A stretch of DNA of 64,000 bases from Cirrosporium novae-zelandiae (lineage: Eukaryota), in NCBI GenBank assembly GCA_026023565.1, contig JAPETS010000058.1, positions 1 through 64,000 on the forward strand, read 5' to 3'. The notes under the pieces are model-generated. The model made no database searches, was not told the DNA's origin, and saw only the letters and a program-made list of their open reading frames with translations. Positions within the stretch are counted from its first letter, which is position 1. Every line of letters starts with the position of its first letter. Below, piece by piece: positions 11,701 to 24,400 of this stretch. A program made the position numbers and the translations under genes.

Positions 11701-14700
11701 CTTGATTCGGTTCCAAGAGTATTTGATCGATGTTTCCTTTGCTGGGTATTTTTTAATTAAGGCTTGAAACCCAGCATCACCATCTTTCAACCAGCGTTTC
11801 GATCACCTTGTTGGCTTGGGTCATGATGGGCCCAAAATTATTCCTCCCCCTTGGCGGCTGGGTTTACTACTGGGTTTATTGTTGGCCTTGAAGGTCGGTT
11901 TTGGCGGATAGTCTGTTGAGGTTATCTCGGCATGGGCTGGTCGGAATATGGCGGCTTTGATGAAGTGTTAGCATACATGCTGGTATCGATGTATTTTGAA
12001 AGCCTGTCAACGTAGGTGCTGGGCCCCGAAGAAGATGACAGCGCTATGGTGACATGACGTGGTAATATATTTTGGTTAAATTTTGAAGTCTATAGGTGAA
12101 GGGGGTTCTTAAAAAGGTTTTGGGGATTGGAGGGGGGAAGTATTGCTTTTCCTTGTCTTAATTCATTTTGTTATGAGGAAGCATATTGAAGAATTGGCTT
12201 GTCTTGGTATTAACATGAAGAAAAAGAGCAACACCGTTAATAGAAAAGAGCTTTACCATGTAAAGAGGTAAGCCAACCTCTTATCACTAATCAAAAATAG
12301 CATGATTAACCCGTTAGGTTAAAGCGGATAATCATGTTTAGCTATATGAGCTTGCTGCGTGTCTGTGACATATCTGCAGAATTGAAGGCCTCAGAGAACA
12401 GCAAAAATAGATTAGATTGACTATTTTGAGGACGTTTCCGCGGAAAAGATAATCCTATCTGAAGTTCTTTTCTTTTCTTAACTTTTTATTGTTGCTTTTT
12501 GATTTGCTTTTGCTGGTGGTGGTCTAACGACAATGTTGGGATGTCTGGATTTATGAGGTGATTGATATATATCCCTTGCTTTTTGTCGAAAAGCTAGGGG
12601 TTAAAATTTGTTCTTGCCGAGCGCATAGATCAAGTCGACCATTTCAGATAGACATCCTGATCTTAATGAATTATACAAAAGGTGTAGATAGACTGACCTT
12701 CAATTGTTGATTTTTATGCAATGTAATAAATCTAACACCAACATATAAGGAACAACTCACGTTAAGAAGAAAATGCTGACTAGAATTCCTTTCCTTTGAA
12801 TAGATTTCGGTATATTTGGTAATTGTCCTATGAATCTAATAGTAGTATTTTCAGAATAGGTTCCAAATCAGTCTTTTCCTTCTAAGCAAATAGGCATTGT
12901 CGAGCCAATTAATGATCGAGAAAATTTGTCTAATTTAAATTGAACGATGATGGGAAAAAAATAGCATGAGTAAGATAGAAAAGGGCAGTAAAAATCTCGG
13001 AAGTTGTCTCTTGGATTTAGGAGGGGTGGGACGGATGTATGTTATAGCTTCTGATTATTTCTAACGAATAATCGTCTGGAATTGTGTTTGCTGGAGTATA
13101 AAGTGGGTAAACCTCCCTCGAGCAAATCTAACTACTTTCATATTGCAAGAGAGCAGTAAATCAAAATATAATAGATGGACGACGACGACCAGATAAATGC
13201 GAGAGAAAGAAATAAAAGGAAGGGAAATAAAGGAATAGTAGGATACTCAGGTATGGTGAATTCCTAGTATAGGTTTTAGAGAATAGAAATATTGGTTGAT
13301 AGGAATGTTTATGTGGTACGACCGAATTGGTTGTATGAAAATGAAATCTGTTGATGGAAAGTAATGGAAAGTTAGGGTTTAGGTCGATAGATAGCTTATG
13401 TCAAGCTCCAGGAGGGAAAATGATAAAAACGATGAAAAACGGGTATGGTTGATTTATAATCTCTCGATCGACGATCTCGACCTCCTTCAACAACTGTTCG
13501 CTATATACAGTGCTAGAATGACCGTGTTGACAAATGCAAATAGTGTCCAAGTAACATTAATTAATAAAATCAAAATAAAAAAATAACAACAGTCTCACTA
13601 CTTGTTTGTATAAACGAATTGACCTGATAATCCCTTCTCTACAACTACGCTCATACAGAGAAACTTCTTCGGTCCTACAAGTTATACAGGGAAAAATCAA
13701 GTTTTGAAACCGACATTCTGGAAACGAAGTGTGGGAGGGGGAGGGGGGCTAAACATGTGGCATGTAAATTTAATAAAGCCTCAGGAATATGAAGGTGAGG
13801 GGTTTGAGGCTAATTCACCCGTTGATGGATGGTACTTACAGTAGTGAATGAGGGAAAATGGGGATTTTGAGGATAACATCTCAGTAAATCCTAGTTAGAA
13901 CACTGGAGGAAGCCTGAAATTCCCGACGAAGAACAGTACCAGCATTGTTAGCGGGAGCAGCGGCGGCAACATCAGCTTAAGCGAAGAAGCAGTTGAGGCG
14001 CGGCACGAGGACGGAAAGAATCTGAGAAAATAAATAAAAAGAAAGAGGGAATAGGAAGAACTATATACCACAAGATATTTTTTATATTGCCTGTGACAAA
14101 CGCCGCAAGAGCGGCCCGGCTGCTGAGAGCACACGAGGTGAAGGTTCACAGCAAGGCGCCAAAGATATTTCAGACATATAGGCCTGGCAGGGACAACTCC
14201 ACGGCCAGCAGTGGAGGCGGCGGGAACGTTGAGGGCGGGGCGAGAGTGAGGCATAGTGGCGGGGAGAGAGTGAGGTTGGTGATGATAAAGTGAAGATTGG
14301 TGGTAAGTAAAAAAGAAAAGAAGATCTAAAATAAAATATATATCAGCAGGAACTCACTAGGGGTGGAGGCGGGAACAGTGCGGAGCAGCAGTGGAGTAAG
14401 AAAAAGGGAGAAATGTAGAAACGTTTTGGTGCTCCTTGAATGAATCAACGAGAGCTGATGATGATAGTCTTCTTAGAAGAAAAGACCTGTAACACAAGAC
14501 AGACCGGTAAGGTCATGCTACCATTTTCTGGGGAAGTCGAGAGAGGAGGAGATAGCCTTTAAGCTTCTCTTCAGCGGCACTCATACCAACCACGTCCACC
14601 TTCTGCTCGAGGAGCTAGATTGTAGAGTAACCTGAGAAAGACTTCTTTAGGTTGAGCCTGATACGTTTAGGATGAGTACTACTACTTGAGGAGAAGCTTA

Positions 14701-15500
14701 AGACTATCTTCGTCTCTTGGATTCCCCAACAGAATAATCCACATTGGGTGCTTTTTGGGATGCACAAAAAGTACGTCTTTCAATCTCCTAGCTGAGAATG
14801 AGTAGGATAAGCCCAAATGCTTCATCCTAAACGGGGCCACGTCAAGGTAGCTTCTATTTATCACCTTCAAGTTGATAGTTAGGGTGTCAAAATGGCTCGT
14901 GTTGGTTGTTTCGGGGTTTTGATAAAGGGTAGAGAGAGTGTCTGTTAAACGCTAAGCACAAAGACAACATGACGAAAACACGCACGAAGGCATGAGCAAA
15001 AAAACTCCAATATCAAACATGGATATTGTACAGGTAGGTATATAAGTAGTCAGGTGGTGCTGTTGTTATATATAACAGAGAAAATAAATATCTGAAGAGG
15101 AAAAGAGAAAAAGAAAAGAGAGAGCACAAGAAAATTCCTTTTCTTTATTGCGAGACGTTGGCTGGGATGGGATGGGTAGTTGGATAGTGAATATGTGGTA
15201 TGCGTGAATAATTACATGTAGTGAAGGCATGATAACAATCATGATTGTTGGTAATTGGGGGGGGGGAGGATTCACTGTTCGTTATTCACTCTAAGCGAAG
15301 ACAGCAGACAGCGGTAAGTTAAGGCAAACATCAAACATCAAACATGTAAGTGGCGTACAGTCAGTAGAAGGAAGTTGATGGCTTGGTGTTTCTGCCGCAG
15401 GCCCTAGGCGTGGTATGTCTGTCATCATTAACTTAGTTTAATATAGCTTGGTAGGGTGTGTGGAGTTGGTAGGGAGTGGTGAAATTAATAGGGTTGATGA
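5800..15500. other. Gene-poor, AT/TA-rich decayed region, probably mutated (RIP-like) transposon or gene relics
   Basis: About 10 kb with no long ORF, only broken fragments such as 8222-8766 and 13895-14254, and many TA dinucleotides. I could not assign an element family. Confidence 0.45.
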
Positions 15501-15689
15501 ATTTTGGACATGTTAATGTAGATAATAATTATGGGATTCTAAGTTTGTTATTTTGTCTCTATCTCTAACCCCCTCTAAAGTTAACTTTGAAATATATAAA
15601 AATAAGCTTAGGTGTCTATATCATTGTGTTTGTTAATTCAGGAAGGTAGGTGGAGAGACCTGAAGTTTGGATTGTTTGGGCATCGGATT

Positions 15690-17285
15690 CTATCCCTTCC
15701 GGCTTCCAGATCTCAAAGTCTTCATCTCCAACCATCTGGCACAGGCAACACATTTCTCATCAACTAATCGACAAAAGATATCAGCGACCCAGAAGATTAG
15801 TGCGAGTAGCAAAGTTTCTGCCAGCAGAAACCCGATGAGATATCCTAGTACGCTTTCCTTCCCCGTTAGTGACCATAGCGCCGGGAAGAGGCGATATCCC
15901 ACGATATGGATGAGCGGACCGTGGGCAATGTAGAGGCTATAGCTGACCCAGCCTAGATACTGCACGACACGTAGGTCGAGGAAATACCGTGTGACGAACC
16001 AAGATTTGGGTGTGTGGGAGATAACGGCGACGACCATGATGGCGCCGATGGATGGGTAGAACCGCCAGCAACGTTGGTCGAAGCAGGGGATTAGCTTTCC
16101 GAGGAGGCGGTAGCCGGGGGTTCGGCGAATGCAGTAGTCTGGGGCGGAGAGAAGGTAGAGAGATGTGAAAAGGGTGGCACATCGGATGAAGTTGATCCCT
16201 ATGCGTCGCGCAAGATGGACGGGGGATTTGGAGGATGGGGATAGTTGAGTGTTTCGGGCATCGTAGAGGAGGGAGGTTTCGGCTAGGATGCTCCCGCTCA
16301 GGAAGAGGACCGTGTCCCAGCGGCTCCAGGAGTAGCAGTAGAGGACGAGGATGACAGATGTTGCTACGCGAAATGGGTATTGCAGTCTGGAAAGCGACAG
16401 GTTCGCTAGAAATAGTAGCATCGAGGAACGATACTCCATTGGGATGGTCCAAAGGTGCACATCGTATGGTGGGTAGTATTCTTCCCATTCCCAGACGTTG
16501 GTCATTTCCCGCAGCATCTGGAGCCAATTAAGAAACTGGGCGAAAAAGGTTGGAAGTCGTTCCTGGTGGTGTTCTGATTCTGCGGTGATGATGGTCTTGT
16601 CATTGGCAATTGTTCGTGTGTACTCCCACATGCCCGCTTGAATTGTAAGCATCACCATGAACGAGGCAATGGTGGTAGGTAGGAAAAGCCGGAGGGCTCT
16701 TCGAAAAGTGGAGGAGCAAAGTGTAATCAGCAGCTTGTCCCATTGCTCATTTCGTGCCAGCTGCAACGGCTTGTACGACAACACAAATCCGGAGATGACG
16801 AAGAAGATGCAAACGGGTCCTGATCCGGAGTAGACTAGGCGTATAATAGGCAATTGGTGGAATCGAAGGTTATGGGCAATTGGTTCATAGTGGTGGGCAC
16901 ACATGGGCTCCCGATGGGCCTCCTCTGAAGTAAGGCCATAACCATAGTTGACAAAATTCTGAAAGGCCGATATGATATGATAATTGACCACACAGAGAGC
17001 GGCGACTCCTCGTAGACCATCCAAAGCGGAGGTTCGCCGGAGAGTAAGTGACCGATCTGCCGAATTGGACTTGGAGTCTATGAGAGTAGAAATGAAGCTT
17101 GGGAGTAGGTAAAGACCCAACCTACAAAGCCACGAACGAATTGTTGACACATTAATATTCGTGTCTTGAAATGATCTTTTCTGTCGATGAACCTGGAAAT
17201 CTGTTTCTGTGTCTTCACCTAGTCCAAGATGTTCAAGCTCTACGGATGAGCTGCGTGATGAACGACGATCCAGTAGAGGTTCCAT
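15690..17285 (-). CDS. Membrane-bound acyltransferase-3 (OafA/YrhL-like) O-acyltransferase, about 531 aa, single exon
   Basis: Motifs LDGLRGVAA, IFFVISGFVL, RRALRL, HLWTIPMEY and YLGWVSYSLYIAHG, with many transmembrane segments. The first in-frame ATG is at 17285 (MEPLLDRR). Confidence 0.85.
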   Translation of the reverse strand: MEPLLDRRSSRSSSVELEHLGLGEDTETDFQVHRQKRSFQDTNINVSTIRSWLCRLGLYLLPSFISTLIDSKSNSADRSLTLRRTSALDGLRGVAALCVVNYHIISAFQNFVNYGYGLTSEEAHREPMCAHHYEPIAHNLRFHQLPIIRLVYSGSGPVCIFFVISGFVLSYKPLQLARNEQWDKLLITLCSSTFRRALRLFLPTTIASFMVMLTIQAGMWEYTRTIANDKTIITAESEHHQERLPTFFAQFLNWLQMLREMTNVWEWEEYYPPYDVHLWTIPMEYRSSMLLFLANLSLSRLQYPFRVATSVILVLYCYSWSRWDTVLFLSGSILAETSLLYDARNTQLSPSSKSPVHLARRIGINFIRCATLFTSLYLLSAPDYCIRRTPGYRLLGKLIPCFDQRCWRFYPSIGAIMVVAVISHTPKSWFVTRYFLDLRVVQYLGWVSYSLYIAHGPLIHIVGYRLFPALWSLTGKESVLGYLIGFLLAETLLLALIFWVADIFCRLVDEKCVACARWLEMKTLRSGSRKG

Positions 17286-18349
17286 CCTTGCGATAGACTT
17301 GAGAGAACTCAAGAGTGTCACCTAGAATCCCAAAAACCTATCCAGACTTATTTGGACCTTGAAGCCGTTCTGAAGGGATGGTTAACCCACCAAGACAGGT
17401 CCACACTTACTCAGCTGTCTGGTAGCGTAACATGGGGCTCTGAACGCATAAAAAAAGAAAATGAAGCTTTGTAACATCATACTTGAATAGAATTCTGTTC
17501 AGTTTTCACCATTAGCAGCTCTCAAGTAAGCAAGTCATCATCCGTGCTCATGAACACTTATTGGCTTTGATGATGTGAATAGAGTTGACCTGATTTCTCA
17601 ATCCCACGTCTAACTCCAAACCACCATTTTAATGCCACTCCATGATCATGGGCTTACCCCGTCAGTCCTGATAATAATAGACAATTTCAAAGCGAATCCT
17701 GCTCCTAACCATCTCGCACTTGTATCTGGTCAAGTCGCCGATGAAAATGTAGTGAACAGAGCACTCAAAGGTCATTGCATCAGTTCCAGGGCTGAAATAG
17801 TGCAGGTTCGATGGATGTGCCTGATGAAGTCAGACAAGATTGATTACAGTAGTAAAGACTAAGAAAGGTTGAGTTCTTTAGAAGATGAAGGATCAAGTTT
17901 AAATTATTCCCCTGAGCCTGGAGCAACTATCATCCGCTTGCCCCAACTTGTCCAACTTGACCGACGTGCCGAGTATCTCGGAGTCGACGTTGCTCAGCCA
18001 ACAAAAATAGGGTTCAACCCCTAATAAGAGAAGAAAATTTCTGTCAAGTTCAACCTCTGGTTATAGCTAGCAGGTATTTTTTATTAGTGCTTACGTTGTT
18101 TCCACAGGTTCTTTGCTTCGAGTCATGTATATCCTTATACGCCCAGAAAGAAATTGAAAACAAGTCATTTGTTAAGATCATCCCAGGTCTATCGGAGTTG
18201 ATAATCTATGATCTAGAGATATGAATAATGGCTAGGGACATACTGGGTTTTCTGTAAGTGTCATTAAATAAGCTCTGGAGGTGGTGATATTTCTATTGGA
18301 ATTTTTATCTAAAGTCTAAATCATATCTCTTCATCATTCATCCTCAGTA

Positions 18350-20264
18350 TCACACTCGCACAAGAAAAGTAACAGATCCTACTAGAGCAAAGAGACATCC
18401 TGAGACTAGGAACGGTAACCCCAACCAAGGGCCTTGCAGTTGCATCCCCCAATAGAATGTGTATGAGAGAAGTGGTCCAGCAATCATACCACCGGTCGCC
18501 TCCATGACAGCAATCATAGAGTACAGTTGTGCAATGCTACTGTGGTAGCTATTTTGATCTGCAATGGATGTAACCAGACTTCGCACAATGTTGCTGTAGC
18601 CAGTACCAAGGGTATAAACAGTGAGGCCTTGGTGGCATAGTCAGCATCAGGAGCTGAAACATGAGTGAAAGGGAATGAGGCGTGTACTCACCAATGATGG
18701 TCAAAGTCGGTGTTGGTGCAAAAGCTATGATCCAAAGACCTATCATCATAGATATCACACTCCACCGAGAAATCCACAAGTCCTTAAGAGCAGCTGTAAG
18801 GCCCAATTTGTGCGACAACAAATGGCTAGCTGCTGGAATAAAGACCGAGAGAAGAAACATGTTAACACCAGCTCGAAGAGAGAGCAAATACCCTGCCTAT
18901 GATATTTGGTTACATTAATTCTAGAACATATAGGACATAGGAATCGCTTACCTGTGCCAGGGACCAACCATATCTTTTCGAGACATACTGGAGAAGAACT
19001 GCCAACGATTGCCTACCAAGTCTTGCCACTAACGATGTGAGTATCAACCAGAATACCCTCATATCTTCAGTTAACACTCTGAACGATTTATGCAGAATAG
19101 CTAATTGTTCTCGCAGCTTTGATGAATATGATGATACAATGACCTTTATATTCAGCGAATGTATTTCCTCACTATACTCAGCCTGAGACTTTTGTGGGTC
19201 ATGAAGAATAGGTTTCAACCCCGTCTCTGGAATAGCAAATGCAAAGATCAGGGACATTGCAGCTACAGCTAAGCCTAGCAAAAGAGGAATCCATATATTT
19301 TGTTCCATTAGTATCGACGCTAGGGGTGTGGCGACCAATTCCGAGGTAAGTATGCATGTTGTGACCTGACAAAATACGACCGCTCTGTAAACGCTCAGGT
19401 CAGTTGGTCTCTGTCTGATACCACAGAAGCTCTAATGCTAGATGGCATTCGGCTTTTTCAAGTCCTTTGGGTGCATATTTCCATTGGGTCAAATACCTCT
19501 CGGCCGATGAAGTGACATCTGCAATAATTGAGAACAGCATAGCTACTGTGAACTGGGATCCTCCAAAAATATAAAACAAGGAAGAAAGCCAAGTAAGTCG
19601 CAGCGGCAATTGCAGATATCCTATACCCAAATTAACTCTGGACCATGGTAAAGCAATGGGATTTTTAAAGTGACTGAAAGGATATAGCTGATTACAGATT
19701 TATGCTAATGAATCAATAATATATTACCTAGATAGGTATCATATTCAAAGCTAGGGTGAAAGACCGGATTTAACAGAACATACCAATTAGCAAGGCCCAA
19801 GCCAGTCCTAGCCATGCACCAAGCAGATTCAAGATCAACATTTGTCTTCGTCCATACCGTTGAGCAAGGAGCCCGAGTGGGATTGATAGAACGATATCTA
19901 AGTCGTATAAGTCTCAAGCTAGTTGAAAGGAGTTGATGTTCATGCCAGGGATATAATCAAAGAGGGCCTGCCATCCAAACAAAATCGCAACATCGTGTTG
20001 CACAGCATCAATCTTGCAGTACTTTTCTAGCACATTACCATGATCATCAAGATAACTTGGATCATGAACCGAATAATACTCTCTACAAACGTTGGATTCG
20101 TAAAGACGTAAGCGTGGAGTATTCGTTAGGAAAGCACCAATATCCCAAGTGACCAGAACTAAAGTACAAAAGGCAAAGACCTTGAATGATTTCGAAAACG
20201 ACTTAGGTGAGGAATCGTCATGCTCCTTGGGAATTAACAAGTTGGATTCATTTTCATCGGCCAT
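18350..20264 (-). CDS. MFS transporter (SLC46/PCFT-like, ustT-type fungal cluster efflux pump), multi-exon
   Basis: Exon 1 has RLYESNVCREYY...CK...VQ...GWQ..FD.IP. Exon 2 has motif A GLLAQRYGRR. Later exons include IIADVTSSAER, AIPET and GGMIAGPLL, joined by short introns. Confidence 0.85.
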
Positions 20265-20686
20265 TTTCAGAAAGCGAATAATGGCATTGACAGAGAATAA
20301 TTATCAGTTGATTTATGCGGTACCTGGCTAATTTTATATACTAAGAGGCCCAGTAGCCTATATAGAATAATTTCATTCCAGGATCCTGATGGAATGCATG
20401 CCATGTATGCAGATATCGCTGGCGGGTCACTCGGACTGCCTTATCTCTGCTTGAGGTTTCGTGCATCTGATCCAATGTACATAATTAGTAGTGTCCTGCA
20501 GTTGAGCCAGGGTAGCCATAGCGGCAACCCTTAGGCCACTTCCAGTTAGAATATAGATTTCAAATCTTTCATGTGAGCAAAAGTCCGTTGAACAGGTGGC
20601 ACTGGTGGCTCAGGATGTTGGGGGCATAGATCTGTGAGTTCTCGACTAGGCTAGCTTGGATCCAGGGTCTATTAATTAGGTCTTAC

Positions 20687-20697
20687 TGCGGTGTGAT
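20687..20697 (+). promoter_or_regulatory. Candidate cluster cis-element TGCGGTGTGAT in the MFS/ABC divergent promoter
   Basis: The identical 11-mer occurs on the minus strand at 29080-29090, and the CGGTGTGA core occurs at 35265-35272. Confidence 0.35.
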
Positions 20698-21410
20698 TCT
20701 TATAACCTTACCTTCTCCGCTCTTCCTCCTTAACAGACACCATCACCTACAATTAGTTACTCCATCTCTTCACAATGCACTATCCTCTAGGGTCGAGTCT
20801 AAATACAATAAAGTTGATTAAAGTGCACAATACATATGCGGCTGGAATTAGCCGACCCAAATTGCATTTTACAACAATTCTTTGCACTTGAACACCAGCC
20901 ACGGTGGCCACCTTGATGAAACGAGATCTTTCATCCAACTGCTTAGCTTGAGCGTCCTCCAAAGCCACTGATGAGTAGCACTTTGCAACTTGGCTAGGGC
21001 TCTGATCTCACGTGATGGACAACTAACCAATTCTGGGGCTCCGGCCTCTGTTAGGGGTTTCCCTGTTTCCAAAATATTCTAGCCTTGAATCCCAAAAATG
21101 GGGCTGAGAGATTGAAGAGGTAGATCAATGTTCTAAAACAAGCAAGTTGAAACTTGAAAGTTGGACGGTTGAAATGGGAGATCAGACGGATTTATTTTTG
21201 TCATGGCATAGACGTCAACTCAGCAGCAGGGAACCGTCTGCCCTGGAAATTACCCACAGACGTAAACGGTCTAATGGTCCGTACACAAAATCTACATATA
21301 TCTAGTGAGTTCGTCAAAATGACGTCTATATTCAGTATTCCTGATTTTGCACATTCTTTTGTGTTGTTTTATTCGTTCATTTTTTCTTCGATACATTCAT
21401 TATCCGAACC

Positions 21411-24400
21411 ATGTTCAATCTTGGTATTTTTTCTCAGAGCTCGACCCTTGCGGGACGAGGTCGTAATCATTACTACGTTCATATCGAAGATGAAGAAACC
21501 GAGACTGAGGGAGTTGATGAACATTTACCCCAACAGTCCCTTGACCTTTCAGGCTTCAGCTACAATCCTCTTCAACTATGGCTTACACCTCTCATGCGAC
21601 GGGTGAAGGCAGACAATTATTACGACGAAGCAGACCTTCCAAACTTTGGGAAGAATTCTCGTTACCTACGTTCTTTTGCTCGACCTTTATACCAAGGAAA
21701 TTATTTTGCTCTTCTTCTGACATCCGAGGTAGGGTGGCCTCTTGTAATATCGGGTATCCTTGAGGTAAGAGACTATACCAAATCCATTCGATGGCAATGT
21801 TGAAATTTCTCTAGTTTATATCCTCATGTTGTGCCTTGTCTGCACCACTTGTACTTCATGAAGTACTTTCTTCACCAAAGACCATTCATCTTGCTGTAAT
21901 TCTGTTTCTAGTTACCATATTCGCAACTTTGACTGGCCGTGCGAAGGACCAAATTTGCCGTGTTTTGGCGGCAAGACTATCTGCAATGCTTCAGTCTGCC
22001 ATTTTCGAAAAGAGTCTACGGCTCTCAAGTCCTGCACGAATGGATCACTCTGTTGGTAATATTATCAGCAGCTCTACCAATGATATGGTTTTCTTGCGAA
22101 ACTATTTTGTCAAGGTTCATGATATCTGGAGCGGTCCATTCCAATTAATTGTAATATTTTTCCTTGTGGTGAAGATCATGGGTCCATCAGGATTAGTTGG
22201 TGAGCAAGTATTTGATAGCTACTTTAATTATAACTGATCATTGCGTAGGCTTTTTTGTCATGATAACTCTGCTAGCCTCCCAAAACTTAGCAAACTCCAA
22301 AGTACAGGCTTTTATTCTAAGCTACTTGAATCTAGACGAGGAACGAATCACACAAATAACACAGACATTTCAGCGAATCAAAGGAATCAAGTCTCTTGCA
22401 CTCGAAGAGACGTTCTCGAGAAACATCAATAAGATACGCGAGAGCCAGCTACTTTCCTTGTGGCAGCAAATGCGACTGACTTTCTGCTTTTTTACATCCA
22501 TTAATCAGATGACTCCAGGTTTAGTAGCCATGGCCTCATTTACTACTTATTGGTATGCCGGAAATAAATTGACTGCAGAGGTTGTATTTCCTGCCTTTGC
22601 ATTCTTTGAGATGAGCTTCTCACCCGCTTCTAAACTGTCATTATCCATCACTCGTCAATTTGCTGTGCAGCCATGCCTTCGGCGAATTACGTCTATACTG
22701 AATGCCGAAGAAGACTTTACTGTACCAGTTCCTTGTCTATCCCCCCAAGATGCCGTGGTGTTGGATAGGGCCACATTTCGATATCCAAAATCCAAGGTTC
22801 AATCAGAGGCTGATTTCACGCTGGGCCCTCTAAATTTGCATCTTCCGCTAAATAAGCTTACTATGGTTGTAGGACCCAGTGGCTCTGGAAAGTCGACACT
22901 GTTAGCAGCTATTACCAGACAGTGTGTGGCAGATGCCAATTCGATCATACAGACTAGTGGCAGTATAGCTTTGTGTTCCCAGGAACCATGGATCATATCA
23001 GGAACGGTGCGCGAGAATATTCTCTTTCGGTCAACCCTCGATGAAAAGCGATATCGCCGTGTGCTCCATGATTGCTGTTTGGAGCAAGACCTTTTGACCT
23101 GGGAAGGGGGAGATGAGATGATGGTCGGAGACAATGGAGCGAATCTAAGTGGCGGACAGCGAGCACGCATATCTCTTGCTCGAGCCGTGTACAGCCAGGC
23201 CGACATTATCTTGATGGATGATCCCTTATCGGCAGTCGATAGCCGCATTGCAAAATGTCTCTTTCATGGATGTATTCGAAAGCTTCCTCAAACAGTCGTT
23301 CTAAGTAAGTGGAAGGCTAGGTTATTATAATTATTCTATGACTAACGGCATATAGTTACCCATCAGCTCTCTTTCCTCAAGCATGCAGATGTTGTTCTGG
23401 GACTTGATAATGGATCTCAAAGAGAATATGGTACCCCTAAAGACCTCTTGGATCTCGAACATGGCTTTTTGAGATCGATGGTATCCAAACAAGAGTCTAT
23501 TAACCCAGAGGAAAAGGATGACTTGGACACGGATAATACTCCAGGTGTAGACCCGGAGATTTCCTTGGGTTCTGCACGAAAACCCAAAGATGAAGAGCGC
23601 ATGAGAGGCAGTGCCGATACTCGGTTATATCGCTTTTACAGCGAATGCGCCGGAGGACGTTCTTTTTTGTTAATTTTATTATCCATCTTTCTGTTGACAA
23701 TATTAATTCGAACCATTAGTAGCATTTGGTTTACCTGGTGGATTGATGATGATTTACAGCTTGACCAAAATTGGTACATGGCAGGCTATGTATTGCTAAT
23801 TTTATTCCAGACTGCAGACGTTGGTAAGTTGGGTATATTGAATTTGTGTTATGTAGCTAACGATAACGCAGCATATCTTGGGTTGTTTCTTGTCAAGGGC
23901 AGTGTGCAAGCGAGCCGGAGAATCCATTATGAGGCCATGAGACGTCTTCTAGGTGCACGCATTGAATTCTTTGACAACCAGCCTCTTGGGCGTATCTTGA
24001 ACCGACTTTCCAACGATATTCAAGCTATTGACTTTCGATTGATGAACTCGGCCGACGCATTCTTCGTCTCAGGAAGTTCGCTTTTGGCAGCGACAGTGGT
24101 GCTCATGATTTCGTCACCATATCTGATACTTGCATTTATTCCAATCTTCTACTCGAGCTACCTCATCCAAGAGCTCTATCGCGCGTAAGTGTATGTCCAG
24201 GTTTCTCTTATCATCTATTGACATCTCCAGGTCCGCTCGTGAACTCCGGAGGTTGTGTTCAATTCTCGACTCTCCAGTTTTAGCCGTTGTAAGCGAGACA
24301 TTAAGTGCTGTGCCGTCTCTCAAGGCATATAAAGCAGAGTCTTTCTTCATGGATAAACACGAAAAAGCCTTGGATCGTGCCATGGCTTCAATGCTCGTCA

